Of a stretch of DNA of 64,000 nt, positions 38,144 through 48,557 are shown in pieces. The translations under genes were made by a program, and so were the position numbers. The stretch spans positions 910 to 64,909 of the forward strand of contig JAYWGM010000079.1 of assembly GCA_043778225.1 (NCBI GenBank). Reading direction: 5' to 3'. Origin of the DNA: Deinococcales bacterium (GTDB taxonomy: Bacteria; Deinococcota; Deinococci; Deinococcales; JAAFIG01). Within the stretch, counting starts at the first letter, position 1, and every line of letters begins with the position of its first letter. Below the pieces are notes generated by a model that did no database searches, had not been told where the DNA came from, and saw nothing but the letters and a program-made list of their open reading frames with translations.

Positions 38144-39574
38144 TCATCTCGAGGCAATAATGCCGATATTAGCAACCAAGTTTGTGACCAGACTTGGCAG
38201 AACACCGAGCAACACAACGCCAATTGCACAGACAATCATCACGGCTCGAGACATACCGCTTGAAAGGTCTGGGAGGGCAAAACCTTTGGGTTCGGCGAAC
38301 CACATTAGGGCAACAGGTCGCAGGTAATAGTAGACACTGACTGCACTGGTGAGGGCTGCCAGAATGACCAAACCGTAAAAACCAGCTTGGGCAGCGCCAG
38401 CAAAAATCAGGTACTTGCCCATAAAACCAGCCAAGGGCGGAATGCCAGCCAAGGCAATCAGAAAAAGCGCCAGCATTGAAGCTAAGAACGGGTTTCTCGA
38501 GCCTAGTCCAGCTAAACTGTCCACTTTAATACCATCATCGGATGGAGAGATGCTGTTTAAGACTGCAAATGCACCCGCATTCATCAGGGCATAGGCTGCC
38601 ATGTAAAAAAGTGCCGCAGGAAATGCCTGTGCTGGACTCGAGAGAACCGCCAAACCAATGTAGCCCGCATGGGCAATACTCGAGTACGCCAGCATTCGCT
38701 TAAAATTGGTTTGACGCAGTGCAGCTAAATTACCAATCATTAGGGTTAGCGCAATTAAGAACTGGGCTGGCGTTTGCCAACCCGCCACGCTCGGCAGTGC
38801 CTCACCAAAAATTCGGAGCATCCCCGCAAAGGCTGCGGCTTTGACACCAACACTCATGTACTGCGTAACGGCGATGGGCGCACCTGTGTAGACATCTGGA
38901 GTCCACTGGTGAAACGGCGCAAAAGCAACCTTAAAACCAAAGCCAATCAGAATAAAAAGCGCTCCGACCGCCACAATTGGCGTATTGGCAGGTGAACTCG
39001 AGACAGCGGTACGGATTGCCTCGAGCGCAAAAGTTCCCGTGCCACCAAAAACCAAGGCAATACCAAAAATTAGAATCGCACTGGCAAAAGAACCCAAGAG
39101 AAAATACTTCATGCCAGCTTCTTCGGATTGCTGTCGGGCTTGGAAACTGGTCAGAATATAGACACTAAGGCTCATGACTTCAAAACCGATCAGCATCACA
39201 ATTAAATCCTTGGAATGAACCAACAACATCGTGCCACAAATGGCGTACAACATAATCGCGTAGAACTCGGCGGGAAACGAACCCGAGCGCACGATTCCGT
39301 CGCTGCTCGAGGCAATCGCCGCAATACCAGCCAGAATCAGAATGACACTGAAACCCAAGGCAAAATTATCCGCCAAAAACGCACCATTAAAACTCGAGAG
39401 ACGCTGATTCCACAAGGCAACCGTCCAGCCAAGCGCCACCACAAGCCCCATTGCCGACAGCCCCGCGATGCCACGGCGAGTTGTATAAAATGGCAAGACC
39501 GTTGCAAAAACAGCCGTGATTAAAACCACAAGAATGGGCATCAAAGACAACACGTTGACATCTGGCGGGGTCAT
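38144..39574 (-). CDS. nuoN: NADH-quinone oxidoreductase subunit N
   Basis: EAGMKYFLLG, FKV..APFH.W.PDVY.GAP and KRMLAYSSI.HAG motifs. Confidence 0.96.
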   Translation of the reverse strand: MTPPDVNVLSLMPILVVLITAVFATVLPFYTTRRGIAGLSAMGLVVALGWTVALWNQRLSSFNGAFLADNFALGFSVILILAGIAAIASSSDGIVRSGSFPAEFYAIMLYAICGTMLLVHSKDLIVMLIGFEVMSLSVYILTSFQARQQSEEAGMKYFLLGSFASAILIFGIALVFGGTGTFALEAIRTAVSSSPANTPIVAVGALFILIGFGFKVAFAPFHQWTPDVYTGAPIAVTQYMSVGVKAAAFAGMLRIFGEALPSVAGWQTPAQFLIALTLMIGNLAALRQTNFKRMLAYSSIAHAGYIGLAVLSSPAQAFPAALFYMAAYALMNAGAFAVLNSISPSDDGIKVDSLAGLGSRNPFLASMLALFLIALAGIPPLAGFMGKYLIFAGAAQAGFYGLVILAALTSAVSVYYYLRPVALMWFAEPKGFALPDLSSGMSRAVMIVCAIGVVLLGVLPSLVTNLVANIGIIASR

Positions 39575-41067
39575 TTATTTGCCTCCAATACAATTCCGTA
39601 CAGTTGCGCCACAACAGGTTTGACCAACTCGAGGGCAGGGGCGCTGTACACGCCAAAGAACACAACCAGTGCGACAATAGGTACAAGAACTCGCCATTCT
39701 CGAGGTGATAAGTCTGCAACGGTGTGTGTGGCTTCTTCGTACCAAGTTTTTTGATAAGCCGTCAGCGCGAAGGCTGCACTGGCAACCACCGTAGTGACAG
39801 CAATAGCAGCCATCCACGGGTTGGCTTGGTATGCGCCTAGTAAAATGCTGTACTCGCCAATAAAACCAGCTAAGCCCGGCACGCCAATGCTGGCAAACCA
39901 GAGCAGCAATGCCACTCCTGCAAAGGCTGGGGCGCTTGCAGCGAGTCCGCGAACCCGTCCAATCTCGAGGGCGCGGTCAAGGGCTTTTTCTTTGGTTTCG
40001 TCGCCGCCCTCGAGCATAATAAAACGTCGTTCGAGCATCCCGACCACCAAGAACAACCCGCTCGAGTAAATGCCTTGGAAGGCAAGCAGCAGCATTGCGC
40101 CACTTGCTCCAGCTGGATGCAGACTGAACACGCCAAGAGCAACCAAGCCCATGTGGGAGATGCCTGAGTATGCCAGTAAGCGCTTAAAATCGGTTTGGGC
40201 AAAGGCAATCCACGCGGCATAAATAGCAGTGAAGGCAGCCAGTAGCATCCAAATCCATTGGTAATTATTAGCAACATCTGGAAAGAGTGGCAAGGCAAAC
40301 CTAAACAAACCGTAGCCTCCAACTTTGTAGAGTGTTCCCATTAAGTCTGCCACACCACTCGGATGATTCTGGGCGTGAAATTCTGGCAACCAAGCGTGCA
40401 TAGGAAACAACGGGGTTTTGACCGCGAAAGCAATCAAGAAGCCAAGGAACAACCAGACCTGCTGCCATTCTGGGATATTCCGTACACCACGCAGCAAATC
40501 CTCGAGCAGAAAGGTTGGCGAACCCGACAAAAGGCGTGTAGCAATGATACTGACCAGCATCAGCAAACCACCAAAAACCGTATAAAGCGCCATTGTGGTT
40601 AGCGCTTTGACTCGAGTGATGCGACCATACCGCCCAAGCAAAAATAAACTCGGGATAAGCGTCGCCTCAAAGAACACATAAAACAGAATCAGGTCTCGAG
40701 CCGCGTAAATACCAAGAATACCAGTCTGCATGGCAAGGGCAAGCGGATAGAACGCAGCTAACTTGCCATCGTCTCGAGTGGTTAAGTAATACAAGCCAAG
40801 CGGAACCATCAGTGCTGTGACCAACGAAAGCAGTAACGAAACACCATCGGTACCGACTGCAAATTTAACGCCCAGACCGGGCAACCAATCCACAACCGTT
40901 GAGAATTTCTCGAAACTCGAGCCACCCAACCAAATGTACACACCCAAAGCTAAATGTGCCACGCCAGCCAGCACGGCGAATTTTCCTCGAGATGCCTTAG
41001 GTACTGCCAAAGACAAAAACGCCACCAGCAACGGCACAAAAATAAAAGCAATCAAAACCCAATTCAT
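39571..41067 (-). CDS. nuoM: NADH-quinone oxidoreductase subunit M
   Basis: FYVFFE, AFAVK.P.FP.H.WLP and KRL.AYS.ISHMG motifs. Confidence 0.96.
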   Translation of the reverse strand: MNWVLIAFIFVPLLVAFLSLAVPKASRGKFAVLAGVAHLALGVYIWLGGSSFEKFSTVVDWLPGLGVKFAVGTDGVSLLLSLVTALMVPLGLYYLTTRDDGKLAAFYPLALAMQTGILGIYAARDLILFYVFFEATLIPSLFLLGRYGRITRVKALTTMALYTVFGGLLMLVSIIATRLLSGSPTFLLEDLLRGVRNIPEWQQVWLFLGFLIAFAVKTPLFPMHAWLPEFHAQNHPSGVADLMGTLYKVGGYGLFRFALPLFPDVANNYQWIWMLLAAFTAIYAAWIAFAQTDFKRLLAYSGISHMGLVALGVFSLHPAGASGAMLLLAFQGIYSSGLFLVVGMLERRFIMLEGGDETKEKALDRALEIGRVRGLAASAPAFAGVALLLWFASIGVPGLAGFIGEYSILLGAYQANPWMAAIAVTTVVASAAFALTAYQKTWYEEATHTVADLSPREWRVLVPIVALVVFFGVYSAPALELVKPVVAQLYGIVLEANK

Positions 41068-41095
41068 GCCAGACCCCCAACCATCACACCGCGAT

Positions 41096-43057
41096 TCATG
41101 CGAACCCCCGCAGAATTAAAAAGCCAATCAGGGCGACTGTGCCAATCAGGATCGAAATGCCGTAACCTCGAGCAAATCCATTTTGCCAGAACGACAAACT
41201 CGAGCCAGCCTCACCGACCTGTTCGCCAAGCACTTGCGCGCTGGCTTGCACACCGCTTTTGTCCACAATGCCAAGAAATAAAGCTGCGACTTGAGACGGA
41301 TTACCCAGCACAAAATCGTAGACCTTATCCAGAAAAAGCGCGTTTCTCGAGGCATTCCCAAAAGAATTTGGAATTTCTGCCACGACTCTTGCGCCGTCAC
41401 GTTTGAGGAAATAATTTGTTACAAAGTAACCCAAAATAACCGCCAAAACACTAAAAATAATCGGAAGGAATTCGACAATTCCCTCGAGTTTGATCATCCC
41501 ATCAGCGTTATGGGCAACTTTCTCGAGGTACGGTTCGATGAGGTTCACGTTCTTACCCAGAAAATGCGGTAATCCGATGAATCCACCAATCACACTGAAA
41601 ACCGCCAGAATCATCAGTGGTACGGTCATGACTACGCCAGATTCGTGCGGATGCTCATGACCTCGGTAATCGCCTAGGAAGACCAGTGCGTACCAACGCC
41701 ACATATAGGCAGCCGTCATTGAAGCAACAATCACCATAACCGCAAATAAAAGTACATTGCCCGCCTCGCCGCCAACAAACGGCGATTTAAGCGTACCCTC
41801 GAGAATCGCGTCCTTCGAGAAAAACCCAGCCAGTAGTGGCACGCCCATAATCGCCAGCGTCCCAATCAACGAAACAAGATGTGTGGTTGGTAGCGCCCCA
41901 CGTAAGCCGCCCATTTTCCGCACATCCTGCTCACCTTCGAGGGCATGAATGACACTGCCCGACGATAAAAACAAGAGGGCTTTGAAGAACGCATGGGTTA
42001 GCACATGGAAAATACCAGCCCAGTACGCACCGCAACCCACCGCCACGAACATAAACCCAAGTTGCGAAACGGTACTGTATGCCAGAATTTTCTTAATATC
42101 AGTTTGGGCAATGGCACATACCGCGCCATAAGCAGCGGTTGCCGCGCCAACCCAAGCCACCCAACCCGAAGCCACGGGTGCATTGGCAAAAAGCTCTGAG
42201 TTTCGTGCCACGAGGTACACACCAGCCGTGACCATCGTCGCCGCGTGAATAAGGGCGCTTACTGGAGTCGGACCCGCCATTGCATCGGGCAACCATGTCG
42301 AAAGTGGCAACTGAGCGCTTTTACCTGCCGCACCAAGCATCAAGAACAAACACGCCAACTCGAGACCGGGTGCGCCATACGCCACCGTGTTCCTCGAGAC
42401 TTGCCCCACCAGTGGCACATTGACCGAACCAAAGGATTCTTTAAGTTCGTGCAGATTAAGCGTACCGAATTCCTTAAAAAGTAAAAACATCCCGAGCATC
42501 AAAAACGCATCGCCAATCCGATTGACGATAAAGGCTTTACGCGCCGCATTAGAATTATTGAAATCCTTGTACCAAAAACCAATTAAAAGAAAACTCGCCA
42601 CGCCCACGCCTTCCCAACCAATAAACAGCACAGGCAAAGAATCGGCAAGCACCAGAATCAGCATGAATGCCACGAAGAAATTGAGGTAGGCAAAGAACCT
42701 CGAGAAACCAGGGTCTTTGTGCATATACCCAATCGCAAAGACATGAATCAGAAACCCAATCCCCGTGATAATTAGGGTCATCAGGCTCGAGAGTTGATCG
42801 AGGGCAAAACCCATGTACAACGATTTGCCCTCGCCACCAATGAATGGTAAGAATTCCCAAAGCTGCACGTGCCACTGCTTACCTTCGGCTAAACCAAGCG
42901 TACCAAAGAAACCAAGCACCGCCATCACAAACGACACCAGAATCATACCACTTGCCACAAAACCCGAAGTCGGCTCAGGAAGTTGCTTACCAAACGCAAT
43001 TAGAAGCAACCACCCAAGAAGCGGTGGAACAATCATCAAATAAAAAATAGATTCCAC
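41096..43057 (-). CDS. nuoL: NADH-quinone oxidoreductase subunit L
   Basis: GWEGVG, KAFIVNRIGD and GKSAQLPL..WLPDAMAGPTPVSALIHAATMV motifs. Confidence 0.97.
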   Translation of the reverse strand: MESIFYLMIVPPLLGWLLLIAFGKQLPEPTSGFVASGMILVSFVMAVLGFFGTLGLAEGKQWHVQLWEFLPFIGGEGKSLYMGFALDQLSSLMTLIITGIGFLIHVFAIGYMHKDPGFSRFFAYLNFFVAFMLILVLADSLPVLFIGWEGVGVASFLLIGFWYKDFNNSNAARKAFIVNRIGDAFLMLGMFLLFKEFGTLNLHELKESFGSVNVPLVGQVSRNTVAYGAPGLELACLFLMLGAAGKSAQLPLSTWLPDAMAGPTPVSALIHAATMVTAGVYLVARNSELFANAPVASGWVAWVGAATAAYGAVCAIAQTDIKKILAYSTVSQLGFMFVAVGCGAYWAGIFHVLTHAFFKALLFLSSGSVIHALEGEQDVRKMGGLRGALPTTHLVSLIGTLAIMGVPLLAGFFSKDAILEGTLKSPFVGGEAGNVLLFAVMVIVASMTAAYMWRWYALVFLGDYRGHEHPHESGVVMTVPLMILAVFSVIGGFIGLPHFLGKNVNLIEPYLEKVAHNADGMIKLEGIVEFLPIIFSVLAVILGYFVTNYFLKRDGARVVAEIPNSFGNASRNALFLDKVYDFVLGNPSQVAALFLGIVDKSGVQASAQVLGEQVGEAGSSLSFWQNGFARGYGISILIGTVALIGFLILRGFA

Positions 43058-43060
43058 AAT

Positions 43061-43363
43061 TTATCCCTTCAAACTCGAGAGTTCATCCACATTCGTAGAA
43101 ACCCGTTTACGGAAAATTGCCACGATAATCCCAAGCCCAATGGCAACTTCGGCAGCCGCCAGCGTCAGAATAATAAACACGGCTGTTTGCGCCTCGAGAT
43201 TGCCCCAAGCCCGAGCAAACGCTACCAACACCAGATTAGCACTGTTCAGCATTAACTCGACACACAAGAACATTTGAATCACACTACGGCGCATCAAAAA
43301 ACCAACTGCGCCAATCGAAAATAAAATACCCGCAAGGGCAATGTAATACGGCGTTTCAACCAT
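43061..43363 (-). CDS. nuoK: NADH-quinone oxidoreductase subunit K
   Basis: ELMLN.AN and AAAEVAIGL motifs. Confidence 0.96.
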   Translation of the reverse strand: MVETPYYIALAGILFSIGAVGFLMRRSVIQMFLCVELMLNSANLVLVAFARAWGNLEAQTAVFIILTLAAAEVAIGLGIIVAIFRKRVSTNVDELSSLKG

Positions 43364-43378
43364 GATGTCCTCTCAGTT

Positions 43379-43403
43379 GGGCGAGGCAAGCCCCGCCCCT
43401 ACG
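43379..43403 (-). repeat. REP element (GTAG-type)
   Basis: CGTAGGGGCGGGGCTTGCCTCGCCC on minus; identical to the copy at 45394-45418. Confidence 0.85.
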
Positions 43404-43414
43404 GTGATTTTGGG

Positions 43415-43978
43415 TCATGCGACAACCTCCTCGGGGGTGTGGGTGGCACGTTCCTCGAGGGTTTCTCGAGCTTGCTTGCCTTCTGGTTCGCGCTTGACCA
43501 ATGCCACTGCACCAACCACAGCAATAATCAGCAGCAACGAAACTGCTTCAAAAGGCAACAGAAATTTTGTGAACAGCACTTCGCCCACAGGACCCGGTGT
43601 ACCACCTTGCAATGCCTTGGCTGCTGTCTCGAGAACCTTTGGGGCTTTGTACAAAAATGCCATGTACGCCAATGCACCCGCCAGCACAATCCCACCTGCA
43701 ATCGCCACAGGAGCAACAAGCGGCAATGGGTCTTCGGCTTGGTCTGGATACTGCGCGTTCAAAAGCATAATCACAAACAAAAACAGCACCATAATCGCAC
43801 CCGCATACACAATCACTTGGACACTGGCTAAGAACTGCGCCTCGAGCGTCACAAAAATACAGGCTAAAGTCAGCAGCGTTCCTACCAACGACAACGCACT
43901 ATAAAGCGCGTTCTTCCACAGCACCGTACCAAGCGCCCCAGCTATTGCCAATAAGGACAATAATACGAAAACAATCAC
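43415..43978 (-). CDS. nuoJ: NADH-quinone oxidoreductase subunit J
   Basis: [19 protein letters not shown] and PFE..S.LL motifs. Confidence 0.96.
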   Translation of the reverse strand: MIVFVLLSLLAIAGALGTVLWKNALYSALSLVGTLLTLACIFVTLEAQFLASVQVIVYAGAIMVLFLFVIMLLNAQYPDQAEDPLPLVAPVAIAGGIVLAGALAYMAFLYKAPKVLETAAKALQGGTPGPVGEVLFTKFLLPFEAVSLLLIIAVVGAVALVKREPEGKQARETLEERATHTPEEVVA

Positions 43979-44655
43979 CGTTTCACTCCTTCCTTATGTG
44001 GAGCTATTGGTGCATCGTGAACTCGAGACGGACTCGAGCGGCTGATGTCATCCCCAGCATCCCGCACCACCGATTCTACACCCACACCCGAGGCTGGCAA
44101 ACTCGAGACTCGCTTATTCGGGTTTTTCAGTGCCTCGAGCGCCTCTGCGACCTCGGCTCGAGGGGTGATGGTGTAACCAGGTTTGACTGGCTTATTTTTA
44201 GCGCTGGCTTCGCGGCGTTGCGGTTTTGTACCCGTTACCCCGACCATCATGTCTTCTTTACCGTAGACAAAATCTCGAGACTTATAGTCTGCCAATTCAA
44301 AATCTGTACCCAGAATAATTGCACCAGTTGGACACGCCTCCTCGCACATTCCACAGAAAATGCAGCGCAGCATATTGATTTCGTAGACCGAAGCGTACCT
44401 CTCCCCTGCCGAAACCGTGTTGCTCGAGGTATTCTCGGCAGCTTCGACATAAATCGCATACGCAGGGCAAGCTGCGGCGCAAAGCGAACAGCCAATGCAC
44501 TTTTCGAGTCCATTAGCGTGCTTTGTGAGAATATGCCGACCACGAAAACGCGGTTGCAAACGAATAGGGCTTTCCGGATAAGAAACGGTTAGCGGCTTTT
44601 GGAACAATTTGCCAAGGGTTGTACCCATCCCTTTAGCGATCTCGAGAACACCCAT
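43975..44655 (-). CDS. nuoI: NADH-quinone oxidoreductase subunit I (with C-terminal extension)
   Basis: [18 protein letters not shown] and [13 protein letters not shown] motifs; start MGVLEIAK after a GGAGG RBS. Confidence 0.96.
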   Translation of the reverse strand: MGVLEIAKGMGTTLGKLFQKPLTVSYPESPIRLQPRFRGRHILTKHANGLEKCIGCSLCAAACPAYAIYVEAAENTSSNTVSAGERYASVYEINMLRCIFCGMCEEACPTGAIILGTDFELADYKSRDFVYGKEDMMVGVTGTKPQRREASAKNKPVKPGYTITPRAEVAEALEALKNPNKRVSSLPASGVGVESVVRDAGDDISRSSPSRVHDAPIAPHKEGVKR

Positions 44656-44690
44656 TTTAAGAACCTCCACAGCAACGCAGAATAGTATCA

Positions 44691-45287
44691 CTAATTAACA
44701 TAAACCAATTCGTCCAATTTTTGGAATAAACTCTTTGAATCAATGACCCAAAATCCATTTTCTTTGTTTACTAGAACATTCAAAACATAAGATTCTGTAT
44801 TAAAATTACCAGAATTAATGTCTTTTCGGACATTTTCCGCAATGGCTGACTCAACATCAACATTTTGGGCTTTCTTTTTTGCAATATCCGTCGCTATTGC
44901 AAATGTAGCAAGCATAGAAACTCTTGATAAATCTGGCACTTCAGCAAAGATTTTAACTTTGGTACGACTTTCTTCTTGGAAAATTTCTGAGACTTGAAAT
45001 CGCATCTTTTGAAAAGCCAGAATATTCAGCGTTTTGCTGCTCTTCATAAGATTTGCGAATTTCTTTGAATTCATCAATAGAAGTTCAACTTCAGATGCTT
45101 TAGCAAAATATGCACTCAACTGGGTATTAAACATATTTTTTTGATCAAGCTCATCAGAACTTCCAAATAACTTTGTACCAGTATAATAACCAGCAAAAGC
45201 GATAAGAAGCATCCGCGAAACACGCCAGAACTTTTGACGGTTTTGTTCTTGCATTTCAGCTTGTTTGATAATTTTTTCAGTATCCAT
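44691..45287 (-). CDS. Hypothetical membrane-anchored protein (AT-rich insert)
   Basis: 198 aa with one N-terminal TM segment and a K.NG.W.I tail; no CTCGAG found by eye. Confidence 0.7.
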   Translation of the reverse strand: MDTEKIIKQAEMQEQNRQKFWRVSRMLLIAFAGYYTGTKLFGSSDELDQKNMFNTQLSAYFAKASEVELLLMNSKKFANLMKSSKTLNILAFQKMRFQVSEIFQEESRTKVKIFAEVPDLSRVSMLATFAIATDIAKKKAQNVDVESAIAENVRKDINSGNFNTESYVLNVLVNKENGFWVIDSKSLFQKLDELVYVN

Positions 45288-45393
45288 AATAATTCGCTCT
45301 ATCAGCCAGCAGCATTAGCTCGATCAGGGGCTACTCGGCAATATGCCTAAAATAAACTTCCCAAATTGAGAATGAAATATCATTAACCGCAAA

Positions 45394-45461
45394 GGGCGAG
45401 GCAAGCCCCGCCCCTACGACAAAAACTGTCTTCAGCCGTAGGGGTTGGGCTTGCCCAACCC
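45394..45461. repeat. Inverted REP doublet (REPIN-like)
   Basis: GGGCGAGGCAAGCCCCGCCCCTACG (45394-45418) and inverted CGTAGGGGTTGGGCTTGCCCAACCC (45437-45461). Confidence 0.85.
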
Positions 45462-45647
45462 CACCATTCACAAATTTTATTTCTGGACAAATCCTAGGTA
45501 TTTTCATGGGCGCAATTCCTCGAGTTCTTCGGCTATGCGTTGTGCTGGCGTTCCCATATCAAGCATAGGACTCCAAATTTCAGCATACTTCGGCATACGG
45601 CATACTCAGGTCTTCAGAAACAGCTTGGTACGGAAACTTAACGTAGC

Positions 45648-45860
45648 TCATGCTTTTAGACTTTGGAGTAATTCCTGGAAAGGAGTGGGTGGTTCATGTG
45701 AGAGCATTGGAGAACGCAACTCAATCTTCTTACCTTTCCATCGCTTTGCAGCTTCGTGACTAGCGCGAATCAATTGAATTTCCTCGAGTTCAAATTCCAA
45801 CTCAGTCAATTCTTCAGGGTTAAACCCATCTAGTTGGGCAATTACTTCTTGTACATTCAT
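45648..45860 (-). CDS. Small antitoxin-like hypothetical protein
   Basis: MNVQEVIAQLDGFNPEELTEL... after a GGAGGTG RBS; resembles the N-terminus of the 48105..48557 ORF. Confidence 0.6.
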   Translation of the reverse strand: MNVQEVIAQLDGFNPEELTELEFELEEIQLIRASHEAAKRWKGKKIELRSPMLSHEPPTPFQELLQSLKA

Positions 45861-45885
45861 GCCGTTCACCTCCAACATCATTCTA

Positions 45886-47010
45886 TCAGTCACCAGCACT
45901 GGCTCGAGCAGGTGCTGGTCGCACAGGGTTTCTCGAGGTAATCACAAAAATGAGTATCAGGGCAACAAAGCTAATTCCGCCCAGAATCCACGGGCTGCCA
46001 GTTGGTAAGTACCCTCTGAATCCTGCTGCCACAAGCGTATTGCCAAGTGCCACTGGGAATAAGAACTTCCAACCAAACTGCATTAACTTGTCGTACCGCA
46101 TCCGTGGCAGTGTGGCACGAACCCAGATGAAAATAAACAAGAACACACCGATTTTGGCGTACAACCAAATGAATGGAATGTTCCCAATGTTAAACCCAGC
46201 TATCTCGAGATTCGGTCCTTTATACCCACCAAAGAACAGGGTCGCCATGACCGCCGAAGCCGTAATCATTGCGACGTACTCCGCCATTTGAAACAATGCC
46301 CATTTGATACTCGAGTATTCGGTTAGGAAACCCGCCACCAGTTCTTGTTCGGCTTCTGGAAGGTCAAACGGTGAGCGATTCGTTTCGGCAAAGGCTGCCA
46401 CAAAAAAAGTCATGAATGCCACACATTGAAACAGAATTAACCAACCATTCGCGGTTTGCCATTTGACAATCTCGAGCAGGTTCATGCTGCCCACCAGAAT
46501 CAGCAGTCCAAGTACACTTAAACCCATTGCAAGTTCGTAGCTGATGACTTGAGCGCTGGCACGAAGCCCGCCCAGAAGCGGGTATTTGCTGCCCGAAGCC
46601 CAACCGCCAAGGAAAATTCCGTACACACCCATGCTGGTCGTACCAAGAATAAACAACAACCCAATGTCAAGGTTAAACACCCAAGGGTCAGTGCCGAATA
46701 GACTGCCCGCAGGACCGGCTGGAATTGCACCAAAAGCCGTTAAGGACATGGTAATGGCAATCAGAGGCGCAAGCCAATAAACAAATTTATCTGCCAGTGT
46801 AATGTTGACATCTTCCTTGAAAATACTTTTAATTGCATCAGCAAGAGGTTGTGCCAAGCCAAGCGGACCACCAACCCGATTCGGACCGTGACGCATTTGG
46901 AAACGCCCAAGCAAACGGCGTTCGATTAGGGTCATATAGGCGAAAGTAGTTAATAACCCGAGGGCTACGCCAACGGCTTTTAGTAAAACAATAAGTATCT
47001 CGAGAATCAT
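45886..47010 (-). CDS. nuoH: NADH-quinone oxidoreductase subunit H
   Basis: [25 protein letters not shown] and [17 protein letters not shown] motifs. Confidence 0.97.
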   Translation of the reverse strand: MILEILIVLLKAVGVALGLLTTFAYMTLIERRLLGRFQMRHGPNRVGGPLGLAQPLADAIKSIFKEDVNITLADKFVYWLAPLIAITMSLTAFGAIPAGPAGSLFGTDPWVFNLDIGLLFILGTTSMGVYGIFLGGWASGSKYPLLGGLRASAQVISYELAMGLSVLGLLILVGSMNLLEIVKWQTANGWLILFQCVAFMTFFVAAFAETNRSPFDLPEAEQELVAGFLTEYSSIKWALFQMAEYVAMITASAVMATLFFGGYKGPNLEIAGFNIGNIPFIWLYAKIGVFLFIFIWVRATLPRMRYDKLMQFGWKFLFPVALGNTLVAAGFRGYLPTGSPWILGGISFVALILIFVITSRNPVRPAPARASAGD

Positions 47011-47017
47011 ATTTTCC

Positions 47018-47626
47018 TTATGGATTGAGATTGAATGGGTCAAGATTACTTTGAGCTACACGGAATTTTTCATCGCCAGTACCACGGTTCACTACAATCG
47101 TAAAAGAAAACGTTTTATCTATATTTGCCAAGTCACTTAGATTTAGTTGATCGAAATCGTATCTCAAGCCCGGCAACACACCTTCCACGGTAGCATTGCG
47201 GAGTTGCGCGAACTCTTTACCATCTTTATCTTCTAAGGAAAGATACAACGAAACTTTTTTGAAATCTGTTTCTTTAGTAAATACAACAACATGAGCATGG
47301 GCATCTCTGACTTGTTGCTTGAACGCACTTGAAGAAAAATATTGATCTCGAGCAGCAGGTGTTTGCAATACAAAACTAAGAAGTTGGCAAAAAATACCAA
47401 CCTTACCTGGTGTTGACATAAAATTAACAGCACCATTTGCTGAAGCAAAAGGCTTCTGACCCACATAGTTTCCAGGCGATTGGGTCACAGCAGCTGTACA
47501 CCCCTTTTGCGCTGCACTTTCTGATGCCACAAAAACTGTCCTTGACCAACTTTCACCACCTATTGTTCCAGGGGCGCAGCTAACAACCAGTCCCAAGAAA
47601 ACAAAAATCATTACTTTTTTCACCAT
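47018..47626 (-). CDS. Hypothetical lipoprotein
   Basis: MVKK + hydrophobic stretch + lipobox VVSC; GAGAGG RBS. Confidence 0.75.
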   Translation of the reverse strand: MVKKVMIFVFLGLVVSCAPGTIGGESWSRTVFVASESAAQKGCTAAVTQSPGNYVGQKPFASANGAVNFMSTPGKVGIFCQLLSFVLQTPAARDQYFSSSAFKQQVRDAHAHVVVFTKETDFKKVSLYLSLEDKDGKEFAQLRNATVEGVLPGLRYDFDQLNLSDLANIDKTFSFTIVVNRGTGDEKFRVAQSNLDPFNLNP

Positions 47627-47638
47627 AAATAACCTCTC

Positions 47639-47896
47639 TTAACGATCATAAACTTCACTGCGATGCCCAACTCGAACAGCCGTTAGTTTCCGACCTTGTT
47701 CATCAACATCAAATAAAATTCGGTAATCTCCTACTCGAGTACGAAAATATGTTTCACCAGTCAATTAAATCACACCTTGTTTCTTTAGATTCTCGAGCAG
47801 CCCCTGCAATTCAAGTAGCACCCTTTTTTGAATACTTTGTTCTAATCGCTCAAATTGTTTTGCAAAGTCCTTACCTAAGATCAATTCAAACCTCAC
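47639..47896 (-). pseudogene. relE: RelE-family toxin with an in-frame nonsense codon
   Basis: GTG start overlapping the antitoxin stop: MRFELILGKDFAKQFERLEQSIQKRV...GVI*LTGETYFRTRVGDYRILFDVDE...VGHRSEVY. TAA at 47765-47767 (codon 44). Confidence 0.88.
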
Positions 47897-48108
47897 AAAT
47901 CCACACCTACTCTGGCTGCTAATGCTTTAATCGTGATTTGTTCACCATTTTCTCGAGCATCTGCAACCAATTGCGGCATTTGGGCTGCATCTCGAGCATC
48001 AAAGAGTTGATGAATGAGTTCTTCGTACTCCTCGAGCGGTAAGACGATATGAGTTTTATGCCCGTGAGTATTGGTTAAGTATTGATGTTGATTCTGAATT
48101 TGCATCAT
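47893..48108 (-). CDS. Antitoxin partner of the RelE-like toxin
   Basis: QYLT...G.KT.IVLPLEEYEEL...L.D..D pattern; directly upstream of relE. Confidence 0.75.
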   Translation of the reverse strand: MMQIQNQHQYLTNTHGHKTHIVLPLEEYEELIHQLFDARDAAQMPQLVADARENGEQITIKALAARVGVDL

Positions 48109-48557
48109 TGATTATCGCCTCCAAATCTCATTTTGCAAGGATAGTTATGGGTTCGTAACGCTTCATAAAAAGCATTCATACCATTCCTTTCATCTTCTAC
48201 CATCAATTGGTATAAATCTAAAACCATTTCTTGGAGTTCAAGAAGCGTTCTGCCCTGAGTCACGAGTTGAGGATGACTTTCTATCTGACCAAGCCAAAAA
48301 TCTTCTTCTTTCCAATACTGCATTGTGATTTTAGGAGTTATTACTCGAGTTTTATAGGCTCGAGAACTCCAAGGGCGACTTTGTACATTTTCCAAAAAAA
48401 CTTGCTCTTCTTCGGTGCTGGTTGCAAGGGCTTGAGCGGCAGCTTTTAGGCGTTCGCGTTTTTGTTTTTGCAACAATACTTGAATTTCCTCGAGTTGCAC
48501 AGGATTTGACTTTTGAACATCTTCTATTACTTTTTGCAACGTGATCATTTTAATCAT
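48105..48557 (-). CDS. Chimeric protein: antitoxin-like N-terminus fused to a HicB-like domain
   Basis: C-terminal YWKEEDFWLG....P...TQG.TL.EL.EM..D.Y.LM is HicB-like; unrelated helical N-terminus. Confidence 0.6.
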   Translation of the reverse strand: MIKMITLQKVIEDVQKSNPVQLEEIQVLLQKQKRERLKAAAQALATSTEEEQVFLENVQSRPWSSRAYKTRVITPKITMQYWKEEDFWLGQIESHPQLVTQGRTLLELQEMVLDLYQLMVEDERNGMNAFYEALRTHNYPCKMRFGGDNQ

